Source: Heteronotia binoei (taxonomy: Eukaryota). Taken from it: a stretch of DNA of 64,000 bases. Each line of letters starts with the position of its first letter. Within the stretch, counting starts at the first letter, position 1. The position numbers were made by a program, and so were the translations under genes. Below, piece by piece: positions 13,152 through 24,671 of the stretch. The stretch covers positions 36,890,001 to 36,954,000 of the forward strand of contig NC_083231.1 of assembly GCF_032191835.1 (NCBI RefSeq). Reading direction: 5' to 3'. A model generated the notes under the pieces. The model saw nothing but the letters and a program-made list of their open reading frames with translations, had not been told where the DNA came from and did not search any database.

Positions 13152-14703
13152 CTAGGTAGAAATGACAAAGAGAAATACATGCGGTCATTTTCAATGTATT
13201 GTAATGTAAAAATGATAAATTGCAAATATTTCTAAGTTGTTTTGCAGCTGGAAAAGGGTTTCGCATGTATTTACACGGGCTCTTCAAATGCTATGTACCA
13301 CTTAACAGAAACCCCTCTGACACACCTGTACCTTTTAAAATACAGTGAATGCACTTCAGTCACCATTCAAACAGAAGTGAAAACAACTCCAAGGCTACCT
13401 TTATACAATTACAAGTGGGGGAACTCACAGAGGAGCAGAAATTTATTTTCCTTCCTTCCCACTGTCTACAGTTTCCCTATCTCTCCTTTCTCATTTGCTC
13501 TGGCAATCCCATAATATCAACCTTGATCTCATAACATAGTATTGTAGGTTCCCTAGCAGCATTTTTTTTTAGTTTGCAGAGTTTTTTTAAATAAACCTTT
13601 TCAGATTCTTCTGCAAACTCAAATATCTCCATATTGTGCAGATTTCTAGATCCATATTCTATCTACAGTCAAGTTTGGAAGCAGATCTATAATCAGCCCT
13701 TCAAAGCTAGAAGAGGAATGAGCATATGTCCCTCCATTCCATCATGTATATAAAAACAGTGAGGTGAACATTTCATGTGAAGGCATACTTTGTGTAATTT
13801 TTTCCCCCTTGCAAAAGGTCTCAGTGTATAGGAACATTGTATGACTTGGGCGTGGAATGCCTACTGTAGACATTTCATTGGCATATGCTACAGAGATGAC
13901 TGGCTTTTTAAATGCATGAGCTGAGCCCTTGCAAAATGGACAGGTCAAAGAAGAGGGAAGTAAAGAGTTAAACAATGGAACTGTGAAGGTAAGAGTGGGA
14001 TGGGGCAAGATTAACTAGGCTACCTGGGATCAGTCAGCAGAAAAAGGATAAAGAAATACTGAAAAGACAATAGCTGCTTGGTTTGTAGAACAGAAAGAAC
14101 AAAGGAGTTCAAGGCACAGCAAGTGACATTGCAGAAGTCTCAAATGCAGGAGAGGCGCAAGGAAACAAGGGGAAATTGAAAGAAGGTACATAAAAATACA
14201 TAACTCAACTATTCTGGTTTAATTGGTTTTCCCTCAATATAAGGATAGCCTGGCTTGGTTGTTGTTGTTTTTTTTTTAAAAAAAATAGGTAAATAGTCTC
14301 AAAACATTAAAGAACAGAGGATGCATGTCCACAAGGGGGAAAATAAGTCATTTATATTCTGTAAATCTAATCAAGTGTAATAGATCCATGCAACACAGAG
14401 GACTGGCTAAGTTGATGCCTGGGGCATAATATAGTTGGCCTCAGTCCATTGTCTTCATGAGAGGAAAAGTGGTTTTATATGCAAGGGAAGAAAAGCCAAG
14501 CTCACATCTGGAAGCTTTGAGAGCCCTATTGCGCCATACGCCTCAGGCACCAGTGCTTTGCACTCTGGAAGTGTCCACAGTTATTAAACAATATGGTTTG
14601 GTGGGACTGGGCGGCTACAATGAAAAATAAAGCAATCACCGTCTTCCCATCACACAAAGGAAAGTTGAGACTTCTGTATGATACACCTCCGCTACAGAGC
14701 CAG

Positions 14704-14870
14704 CAGGGCTTTTTTTGTAGCAGGAACTCCTTTGCATATTAGGTCACGCACCCCTAATGTAGCCAATTCTCGAAGAGCTTACAGGGCCTACTGTAAGCTC
14801 CAGGAGGATTGGCTATACCAGGGGGTGTGGCCTAATATGCAAAGGAGTTCCTGTTACAAAAAAAGCCCTG
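14704..14870. mobile_element. hAT MITE, CAGGGCTTTTTT family (near-palindromic)
   Basis: Terminal inverted repeats (TIRs) intact; TSD AGAGCCAG/AGAGCCGG. Confidence 0.88.
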
Positions 14871-15271
14871 AGAGCCGGGAAGGCAGTCTTAGCTCATTGG
14901 CAGAAACATGCTTAGCATTCACAGGGTGATAGGCTCAGTCCTTGAATTGGCCATTAACAGAGCTGGGAAAGTCTTCTGCTTTGGACAAAGAGCTGCTGCC
15001 AGTCAGAACTGGAAAGCAGGTACCAACCCTTTAACCCAGGCAAGGCAGCTCTATATGTTCACCTCAATACTGGACATGAGCTAAATATTAACTTTGAAGA
15101 ACTCTGTCTTGTATATCATTCCTGTGTTGATAAAAGACAGTATTTGCCACAGCATCAGATATTAACATAAAATGCAACCCTGAGGGGAAAAAGACTAGGT
15201 TATTGGACAGCGTCTTGATGGGGTTTGTCAGAGCCATAGCAAGGCAACTTGGTATTGGTAGTGGAGAGAGC

Positions 15272-15318
15272 TGCCTCTAGATGGCATAAGTATGCCTCTA
15301 GATGGCCATAAGTATGAC
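15272..15318. repeat. ~22-bp tandem duplication TGCCTCTAGATGG(C)CATAAGTA
   Basis: Direct reading. Confidence 0.85.
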
Positions 15319-15588
15319 CATTTCTTTAGTGTTTTCAAATTCTTGGGGGGGAAATGTCATGGGGAAAATTAATTCTGCTCCTTTATAGCATGTTTAAAAC
15401 ACAGGGGCCACTTTAATAAATTCTGTTTCCTACAACTACTATTCTTAATAAAATTTGCATCAGTTTTTTTCAGTTTAGGCATCCCATAGGCCAGATTTTT
15501 ATTTTACATTTTTTTTCATGCAAAAGGGCTAAAAGGATTATTCACTGATATTTTAGGAATAAAAAAATTTAGATGCTTCATTTGAATG

Positions 15589-15706
15589 CAGGGCTTTTTT
15601 GTAGAAAAAACCCAGCAGGAACTCATTTGCATATTAGGCCATACCTCTGACACCAAGCCAGCTGAAACTACATTCCTGTGTGTTCCTGCTCAAAAAAAAA
15701 GCCTTG
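15589..15706. mobile_element. hAT MITE, CAGGGCTTTTTT family (short)
   Basis: TIRs CAGGGCTTTTTT...AAAAAAGCCTTG. Confidence 0.78.
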
Positions 15707-15949
15707 ATCACAAGTGAGGCCCATGCTACAAACCTAGGAATTTCAGTTTTCATTAAAGTTCATGGTTTTAGGGATGGAAGGGGACTGGAAGAACAATTGC
15801 TAGGAGGTCAGAACCAGGGAGACAAGTACAAGTAACTGCGAATTTTTTCAACTTCTAGGCTCATAGATGAAGAACTGCAGGACTCAACCAACAACATCCA
15901 GTTGCATATAGTCTACCATACAACATACAAAGCATACTTTGTCCTGCAT

Positions 15950-16937
15950 CCTTGAGTGCCTCAAGGATCTGTCCTGGGACCTGTTTTGTTCAACATCTTT
16001 ATAAACAATTTGGATGAAGGAATAGAGGGAATGCTCATTAAATTTGCCAATGATACTAAATTGGGAGGGGTTGCAAATACAGTAGAAGACAGAAACAGGA
16101 TACAGGATGACCTTGACAGGCTGGAAAACTGGGCTAAAACCAATCAAATGAATTTTAACAGGGATAAATGTAAAGTTCTGCAATTCAGTAGGAAAAATCC
16201 CATGCATAGTTATAGGGTGGGAGAGATTTGTCTTAGCAGTAGTATGTGTGAATAGGATCTAGGGGTCTTAGTGGATCATACACTGAACATGAGTCAACAG
16301 TGTGATGCGGTGGCTAAAGAAGCAAATGCAATTTCGGGCTGTATCAACAAAAGTATAGTGTCCAGATCACGTGATGTGATGGTATTGCTTTACTCTGCTC
16401 TGGTAAGACCTCACCTGGAGTATTGTGTTCAGTTTTGGACACCACATTTTAAGAAGGATATAGACAAGCTGAATCCAGAGGAGGTTGACGAAGATGGTGA
16501 GGGGTCTGGAGACCAAGTCCTATGAAGAAAGGCTGAAGGAGCTGGGCATGTTTAGCCTGGAGAGGAGGTGACTGAGAGGTGATATGATCACCATCTTCTA
16601 GTATTTGAAGGGCTGTCATCTAGAGGATGGTGTGGAATTGTTTTTTGTGGCCCCGGAAGGTAGGACCAGAACCAATGGGTTGAAATTAAATCAAAAGAGT
16701 TTTCGGCTAAACATTAGGAAGAACTTCCTGACTGTTAGAGCGATTCCTCAGTGGAACAGGCTTCCTCGGGAGGTGGTGGGCTCTCCTTCCTTGGAGGTTT
16801 TTAAACAGAGGCTAGATGGCCATCTGACAGCAATGAAGATCCTGTGAATTTGGGCTAGGTATGTGTGGGTTTCCTGAATTGTGCAGGGGGTTGGACTGGA
16901 TGACCCTGGAGGTCCCTTTCAACTCTATGATTCTATC
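15950..16937 (+). mobile_element. 5'-truncated CR1 LINE (RT C-terminus and 3' UTR)
   Basis: PQGSVLGPVLFNIFIN, FANDTKLGG and [11 protein letters not shown] motifs; frame disruptions; 3' end CTCTATGATTCTAT. Confidence 0.95.
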
Positions 16938-17206
16938 TACAGCTATTCAAATTCTATGCAAATTATGCTTATTAAATGCACCTTAAGCATATTAGCTACA
17001 GCCTTCAAGGCCATGATACAATTTCACTGAACCCTTCAGTGAGGAACCAAATGTTGTGATCAAAAGAGTTTTCATTCATTCATACAACATCAGAGATGAG
17101 TATAATCAGTTTTGGAAGTTGGCAATGCATGCCTCAGAAATGTCCTATCCATCAACAGGAGGGGGGAAAAGGACATCAAAGCAAGCCAATAATAAAGAAT
17201 ACTTAC

Positions 17207-17399
17207 CAGGCATTCTTCCCGACAAGTCTTACTGACAGAGCAGATATCCACTCTCAAAGTCTTCTGATGCAAGGATGCTTGGGAAATGGCAACTCTGAAC
17301 ATCTCACTAAACAAAAGAGTTTCAGCAGCAGGATGGACTTTTGTGCGGAACAGACAGCTGATGTCAGCTGAGGAAGGGAGGACTGCAACTCTAAAATAC
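17207..17399 (-). CDS. WWC2: WWC2 exon (~15), 193 nt, C2 domain YFRVAVLPSSADISCLFRTKVHP...REECL
   Basis: Acceptor tcatag|G, donor CTG|gtaagt; lies within ORF 17090-17476. Confidence 0.96.
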
Positions 17400-19004
17400 C
17401 TATGAGGTAAAAGAGAAACCCAAATATGCATCACGTTTACTTCAGTGCTATAGTGGTTTAGCACTATAGTGCTCATCTTAGAATGCTAAAGGGGCAAGGG
17501 AAAGTGGCACTGTTTGAAATTACCATAACGTTTCAGAGATTGCTCATTAATGGAAAGACATTCACTGTATGAAACCCCCCATCCCTGTATCACTTTAACT
17601 GAAATCTGGCCAACAATGAATAATAGCCGCTTTAGAATGGTAATATGAAAACAGCTGTTAGAGTTTTACAAATAAAACATATAAAAATACCATTAAAAAG
17701 ACAATGAGAATGGCAAACATGATTCCGAGCAAAAAAGAAAGAAAGAAGCAGCTTGCCTCTAAAAACAAAGACAGGAGCTGAAAGATAAATATCCTAGAGT
17801 TTACCAACTATCTAACGGCTAGCTCCCCCATGCAAATTGTCAAATTTTCTCACAAAGCAATCACTGTAGCCATTCTCAAGAACAGGATCTCCTGGAAAAA
17901 CATCAATGTGAATCTAGCTGGATATGAATATGGTCCAGCAGTAGGAAGGAATTTTAGTTATCACAATGTATTTTTCCCAGCTGCAATGACCAGAGGAAAT
18001 GCTGATGCACAATTTTCATCAACAGCCTCCTCAGTTTGGTATGTATATTTCTGCACTTGCACCAAAGACTCAAGGCAGCGCATACAGGCAGGCAACAAGA
18101 AGTTGTAGTAACAATTTACAGCAACAGCTCAGCAGGGTTAAAAGAACTCACATGTACAAAAACATAGCCAAGCCTTCCCAGCCATACCTTCTCCCAAAAG
18201 CTCTCCAAAATAAAATGTTTTTACATGCTTTTCAAAAAGCAGGGAGCAAATGGGCCCTCCTCTCCTGTTCTGACAAGCAACTGAAAAGTACCAGCCCCAC
18301 AATAGAGAATGCCCTAATTCTGACAGTTACCAAGTGAGAGCATGCTGTAAGGAAAGGAAGAGGTCAGCGGAAGAATACAATTAGCGTGGGGGAGGATATC
18401 AGGAGATGTGGTCTATGAGGAACAAGAGGTCCAGACCATGAAGGGCTCTAAAGATAATAACCAGCATTTTAAATTGGACCTGGAAGCCAAAAAGTAACCA
18501 GTTCAGCTGCTCAGAGCGCTAGAATGATATGGTTTGAATGGCTGCTGTCACATAAGAGCCATGTTGCTCCATACTGTTATAACCAGGGTAGATAAGTTTA
18601 ATAAGTATGTAATGGTTGAGATTACAGCATAATGACAGGAAGAATCCGGGAGGGGGGGCTCTTGTGCTGTCTTGCGTAACATGTTATTATGCACCATATG
18701 GAATGGTCTGTGTGCCATTTAGGACCTTGAAAAGGTCTGGGGGGGGGGGTACAAGAGTGCTTCAGTGCAGGCAGCATTTTTATACTGTTTTAGATGATGT
18801 TGTTGTCCATTGGTTGGACCTATGGATGCTGTCATGTCTAATTTGGTCCTAAGACTCCTTTTCCTGCTGCTACAGTTTAACAGTGTTGGAGTGTTCCTTG
18901 CCCATATGTGGACGGGGTAAAAACCAGCAAATAAAACCTGCTGCTTTCCCCACAAAGATTTATTTGTGATGCACTATCATATCATGAACACACATGAGGA
19001 TGCC

Positions 19005-19195
19005 TCATAGTGAATCAGATCATTGGTCCATCGATGTCAGAAATGCTCTGACTGGCTGCAGCTCTCCAGGGTCTCAGGCAGAGGTCTTTCCCATCACCTG
19101 CTATCTGATCCTTTTAGCTGAAGATACCAGGGATTGAACCTGACATCTTCTGCTTGCCAAGTGGATGATTTACCACTGAGACGCAGTCACTGCTA
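19005..19195 (-). mobile_element. Degraded CR1-type 3' UTR fragment
   Basis: TGCCTCATAGTGAATCAGATCATTGGTCCATC...GCAGCTCTCCAGGGTCTCAGGC, a recurrent squamate repeat. Confidence 0.55.
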
Positions 19196-20421
19196 TCATA
19201 TTATGATATGGAAAACAGCCCTTAAACCACAGAACTATTTTCACAAACTAAACTACCTTGACTGAAACAAATGAGCCTAGTAAAACAGGCACTTCTTGTG
19301 TTAAAAAAAAAAAGGTATTCTTCTGCTGATCAAATGAGAAAGTCAAACCACACTCACTTTGAAATGCAAATATCTCACACACATACAATGAATGCTTAAA
19401 ACTGTCTCAAGGTAGCCTCCGAATCTCAGCGACAACATAAAAGTATGCTCAATTTTAAGGTCAGCTCCTTCTGGAAAAGATTATCTAGTTGACTGTCATA
19501 TTGATCCCTAGGAAAAAAAAATCCAAATCCTTTCCCCCTCTACAGTATCTATCCTGGCCTTTCCTAGAATCTAGGCACCTGCATTCATTTCTAGGGAAAG
19601 GCCAACAAGTCTCAGGGCACCAGGGCAAAGAAACTGAACAGCTTGCAGTGCTGCTGGGATTGTTTGGTTCAACTTGGTTGATTCACCCACCCCTTCCTGA
19701 CCGTCTGTGAGGCACACAGGAATGTCTGAAATCCACCTGCTGACCCCCGCCTTCAGCAGCTAAGGAAGAATGAGCTTTGCTGAGTATGCAGGGTAGGGGA
19801 GCTGCTTGGCGCTGGAGATAAAAGCAAGACGCGTGCTGGAGAGAAGCATATATCCTTCAAAGGGGAAAAAAAGAATAGGAAAAAAAAAATAAAAAGGGGT
19901 TAAATGGCAGGGCTTTGCTGTGAAGGAGAGAGCAGAGTTTTGCATTTTTTCTGTGCAAACATTCATCTGGGACAGGGATAAGTGCTCACCTTTTACTGAA
20001 AAGAAAATTAAAAACAATTTTTTTTACAAGTGCAAAACTCTCTGCGTGAGGAAGGATGAAAGGAAATTCTTACCACGTGGATTTTTGTTCTTCTCATTGA
20101 CAGGAGGGCATTCAGCAGCAGGGTTGCCCTAATATTGAATACCCTCCTGTGCTGAGGAAGAACCGCATCTTTTGCTCCCCCTACCCAACCGGTGACCATG
20201 ACAGTATCTCACAAGAAAGAGTCTTAGAAGAAGACGGGGTGTTGGGCTTGACAATCGAGTGTGGCTGCTGGGAGTGCTGAAAGAAGGTGATCTCTTGATC
20301 ACAGAGGTCCAGTCTGAAAGGAAGATGACTGTCAAGTGCAGTCAATTTTTTATTTTTTGCAAAAAATGTAGATTTTCATTGTTAAACTATCAGTCATTTT
20401 TTAAGGAATTCCTGTACTTAC

Positions 20422-20508
20422 ACTTTGGAGCCAGGGGAAACAGAAAGGACATGCAGGTTTTGTAACTGCACCACAATTATCACAAAACTTGAGCTGTTTG
20501 TATCGTAT
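20422..20508 (-). CDS. WWC2: WWC2 exon (~14), 87 nt, start of C2 domain, YDTNSSSFVIIVVQLQNLHVLSVSPGSK(V)
   Basis: Acceptor taacag|A, donor GT|gtaagt; follows a 99-nt intron. Confidence 0.93.
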
Positions 20509-20607
20509 CTGTTAAGAAAACAAAAAGAAACAAGGGAGCGGCATCAGACATTTGCAAATGCATTTGAAATGCTCCATAAGCAGCTATTTCTGCAAACAAG
20601 GACTTAC

Positions 20608-20688
20608 CTGAGTCCGATCTGCACTTGAGCAGTTTCTAGGATTGTGGCGTCATCTTCACAATATGCAGCTTCTTCGCTATCATTTGGT
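20608..20688 (-). CDS. WWC2: WWC2 exon (~13), 81 nt, PNDSEEAAYCEDDATILETAQVQIGL(R)
   Basis: Acceptor ctccag|A, donor AG|gtaagt. Confidence 0.95.
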
Positions 20689-21095
20689 CTGGAGAACAGG
20701 GATAAAAGGGGTTTAGGAGTGGCAAATGGTTAAGAAGGAACAATGTTTAAACCTCTGAAAATTCTACTTATATCCAAATCAAATGTTGATTGGAGCATCA
20801 ATCAAATCTGCAAAATTTTTAGTACTCTGTCTAGTAAAGCTCTCAGAGTGAGACAACATGAAGCTGTATCTTATTTATGGATTTAGGAAATAATGCTAAA
20901 GTTTCTCTCCTTCATGGTCACTTATTTGAAAGAGTCCTTATAGTTTATGATTGCCTGCATGAGCAAAGAAAGAACAAACTAGTCACTCTCCATTTTCCTC
21001 AACTTTGCAAAACCACCCATTTTCTTCTTTACTGTTTAAGCATGTGTGTGGCATCAAGCTGCAACTAACCCAAGCAAGGGGCTTTCAAAACAAAT

Positions 21096-21207
21096 GAGAA
21101 GCAGAGGTGGTTTGTCATTGCCATCTTCTGCAGAGTTGTCCTTGATGGTCTCCTATCCAAGTACTGACCCTGCTTAGCTTCAGAGATTGGACAAAATCAG
21201 GTGATAT
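21096..21207 (-). mobile_element. 5S-derived SINE fragment
   Basis: GAAGCTAAGCAGGGTCAGTACTTGGATAGGAGACC on the minus strand. Confidence 0.65.
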
Positions 21208-21516
21208 CAGGGGTGGCCAAACTGGCTTAACATAAGAGCCATACAGAATAAAACATCAGATGTTTGAGAGACGCAAGACATGAACATCAGATGTTTGAGA
21301 ACAGAAAGGAAGGAAGTGAGGAGGGAGAGGTCAAAAGAAATCAACTTTAGCTTTAAATGCATTTTTCAAGCTACCGGCTGGCTTGACTTAGAAAAGTGAT
21401 TTAAAGAAACAAATGCCTTCTCCAAGCTGGCCAATGAGGCAGTGGGGGCCTCAAGAACCACACAATATGTGTGAAAGAGCACATGCGGCTCCCAAGCCAC
21501 AGTTTGGCCACTCCTG
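21208..21516. mobile_element. hAT (Charlie-like) MITE
   Basis: CAGGGGTGGCCAAACTG...CAGTTTGGCCACTCCTG TIRs. Confidence 0.75.
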
Positions 21517-23331
21517 GATTGTACCATCCCATCCTATATCCCACTTTATTATTTACTAGGTTTTTTATTCTGATTATTATACATAGATTTTTAAAAAGCT
21601 ACTTCTTAACCACAAATCAAAATCCTTCTGTCCGTGAAGTCACTATATGGGGATGTGAAACCACATCTCCATTATTAGAGCCCTTAATACTGGGAAATCT
21701 TCAGTCTCCTTTCCCTTTTGCTAAAACTATTTATGCCAGTGAGATCAAGGTTACAATGGTAACTCCCCTCTCTATTTTTGTATGATGTTCCCTATGTAGC
21801 CTGCCCTTTTTCTCACTGAATATGCTCCTCGGAAATGCCCATCACATTCTTCCAGTTCCCAGAAAAAGCCATCTACATAAGGGAGAAGGAAGCTCTTTGT
21901 CTGGGAAGGTATCAAAATACACCCACCTTCACCTCCAAAACTGTGCAACTATTGATTGGGATTTCCAACAAGTGGGAGGAAATGCCAGCTGCCCATCAAA
22001 GTGACCCCCCCCCCCAAAAAAAATCATATGATATGATGTAAGCTCTGCCAATTCCTTTAAAATCCTACAACATAGTAACTCCTACACACATTTTTCTCTG
22101 GAGCACACAAAGAACACCTAGTGTCAGTTTTGTGCTGGGAACGCATGTGCTTGGATCAATAGACTAACATAAGCAGGATGCTAGGAAAAAGTTTTAGCTA
22201 GCAGAGTCAGGATTTTGTTTTGTTTCTTTGCTACTTTTCTCACCCAGCTTCTTTCCTATCTCAGTTCTCTCTGAAACAGCCTTCACATCCTTTCCCCTTT
22301 TTGTTATCCTAATAAAGTTTTTCTTCCCAAAAACTAAGCCTGTGGCATCTCCCTCGCATCTGCTAGATACATTCACATAAACTGAGTACCCTGGTTTGGT
22401 AACTCAGGATTTCAGAAGTGGATGAAAGGGTTGGCAGAGGGTCTCCCTATCTGCTCTTGGTCTGGATATCTGAAGGTCAGGTGGCAAGCCGTGCTACCAG
22501 GTCCTTCCCTCCTGCTTCTAGCTCATAGAAGCGAAGAGGACAGGAGCGTTCTCTTCCCCCTCCTATTGTGACTGAGTACATGGTCCCCTCTTTGGTTTTA
22601 AATGATGCTTACATTTTTTTTCAAAATGGTGCATCACCTTCTTGCTTAAAAATATCCTAAAACGTATTGAGTTTTTACATTATTCAGCTTTACCAACTCT
22701 CCACTGTCTGAACAATTGTGATTTTTAAACTTAATTGAAAGCTGCATAGAAGGTTCGAAAGCAGAACCTCAACACAATAGAAGATACAGCATCTCAAACT
22801 CCAAATTGGTTTCAACCTAGTTGGCATCTGTGTTGTGCCGGTTACACATTCTCTGGGTTGCTGCTTCTTGTTTGTGCAATTTCTCTAATTCTTCCTCTTC
22901 TCAGTACTCAGCCTCATTTGTCCTCACTGCCATCTAATGTAATTGGCTGCGGTGACCCCGCTTATGTTGTTTCATTTCAGAGTGTCATTTCATGACATTG
23001 ATGATGTCATTTCAGAGGCAGCAGAATCATGTCATCAACCAAAATCCCAGGGTTTGCTACGGTGACCTGTGATTAAACAACAGCTTGGGCCAATGAGGCT
23101 CAGAACTGTGAAGAAAAGGGAAAAGGTGAATAACAGCATCCAACCAAAGTAAATGTGCCACAAGTGCCAAAATTTCAGGCAAACAACCATATGAAGACAT
23201 GAATTCTGAAACACCTCTAATTTAAATGTATACTGATGCTCAAATTGCTGCAAATCCCTAAGAATGACAGCACCAGATGCTGGAACTTTGTTTCTAAACA
23301 GACAAAACTGCTTTTCCTCCTCAACACCTAC

Positions 23332-23455
23332 TGTTTTAAGGAAGCTTCGTATACACCACTGTCTCCAGCCATGGACTCATCAGACACTGCAGCTGATACA
23401 CATCCTGCCTTCTCCTCAAGCAGGTGACCTATGGTTCTTCTTGGTAAGTCAACAT
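23332..23455 (-). CDS. WWC2: WWC2 exon (~12), 124 nt, DVDLPRRTIGHLLEEKAGCVSAAVSDESMAGDSGVYEASLK(Q)
   Basis: Acceptor tcttag|A, donor CA|gtaggt; contains the conserved VSAAVSDES.AGDSGVYEA motif. Confidence 0.96.
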
Positions 23456-23491
23456 CTAAGACCAAGAAAACAAGAAAGATTTTTAGATCAG

Positions 23492-24045
23492 AGAAGAAGA
23501 AGAGATTGGATTTATACCCCACTCTTCACTACCCAAAGGAGAAGAAAAAGAAGATATTAGATTTATATCCTGCCCTCCACTCCGAATCTCAGAGAGGCTC
23601 ACAATCTCCTTTATCTTCCTCCCCCACAACAGACACCCTGTGAGGTGAGTGGGCCAGAGAGAACTCTCACAGCAGCTGCTCTTTGAAGGACAACCTCTGC
23701 CAGAGCTTTGGCTGACCCAAGGCCATTCCAGCAGGTGCAAGTGGAGAAGTGGGGAATCAAACCTGGTTCTCCCAGATAAGAGTCCGCACACTTAACCACT
23801 ACACTAAACTGGCTCTGACATAAAGAGTCTCAGAGCAGCTTACAATCTCCTTTCTGTTACCCTCCCCTCAACAGACACCCTTGTGAGGTAGGTAAACTGC
23901 AGAAACTGCTCTTGAGAGAACAGCCTCATTGAGTTATGATTGGCCCATGGTCATTCCAGCAGGGGCATTTAAAGGAGTGGGGAATTAGACCCAGTTCTCT
24001 CAGATAAGAGTCTGCACACTTAACCACTACACCAAACTGGCTCTC
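23492..24045 (-). mobile_element. Two adjacent Squam3-like SINEs (23492-23816 with a duplicated tail; 23826-24045 partial)
   Basis: Heads at ~23816 and ~24045; characteristic CCCCACAACAGACACCCTGTGAGGT body. Confidence 0.85.
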
Positions 24046-24503
24046 TGATGAACTGTATATACAAAGCTCTGAAGTCCCAGTAAGGCTGAAAAAGATACCA
24101 GGCAACATGGGAATAGTTTATTTTTATATTTATGCCCTGCCTTTCCCCAAAACTATAAAAAACATACAAAATACAATAAAACCTCAAATTACACCCCCTT
24201 TAGTTTCATTATAATGCTTTATAAACACAAGACGTATGATTGCAAAGGTTTCAACCTTTTCAGTTGCAAGATATTTTAACTCCAAACCAATAGTTACAGC
24301 TTGTTGTGTGAGACTGAGGAAAGCTATGCATATTGAGATGCTTCCTTTTTCAGAACTATTGAAGGTACAGGAGATATTTCCTTCTTTGCAACAAGTTAAT
24401 GTCTGATTTTCTCCTGCTCATACTCATACTCCAACACATGTCCTAAACAGACAGACAAAAAGGGGATGGTGTTCTACAGGTGCAGCCCATCTTAGGTTGC
24501 AAC

Positions 24504-24671
24504 CAGTGTTCCCTCTAAGCTGAGTTAGTGTGAGCTAGCTCACAGGTTTTTAGCCTACGGCTCACAGGTTTTTGTCTTAGCTCAGGAAAAATAGTCCCAG
24601 AGCAAACTAATTTATGCAGGAGCTCATAACTTGAATGCCAGTAGCTCACAAAGTAGAATTTTTGCTCACAA
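24504..24671 (+). mobile_element. hAT MITE fragment, CAGTGTTCCCTCTAAG family (second copy ~5105-5282 on the minus strand)
   Basis: GCTGAGTTAGTGTGAGCTAGCTCACAG shared between the two copies. Confidence 0.65.

Noticed and set aside
15956-16847. Active reverse transcriptase gene
   Set aside because: It is a 5'-truncated CR1 split over several frames, and the catalytic (Y/F)ADD motif reads FAND.
19358-19507. 150-nt interval with AG/GT boundaries as an alternative exon
   Set aside because: It has an in-frame stop, no recognisable homology and no supporting context; probably a pseudo-exon.
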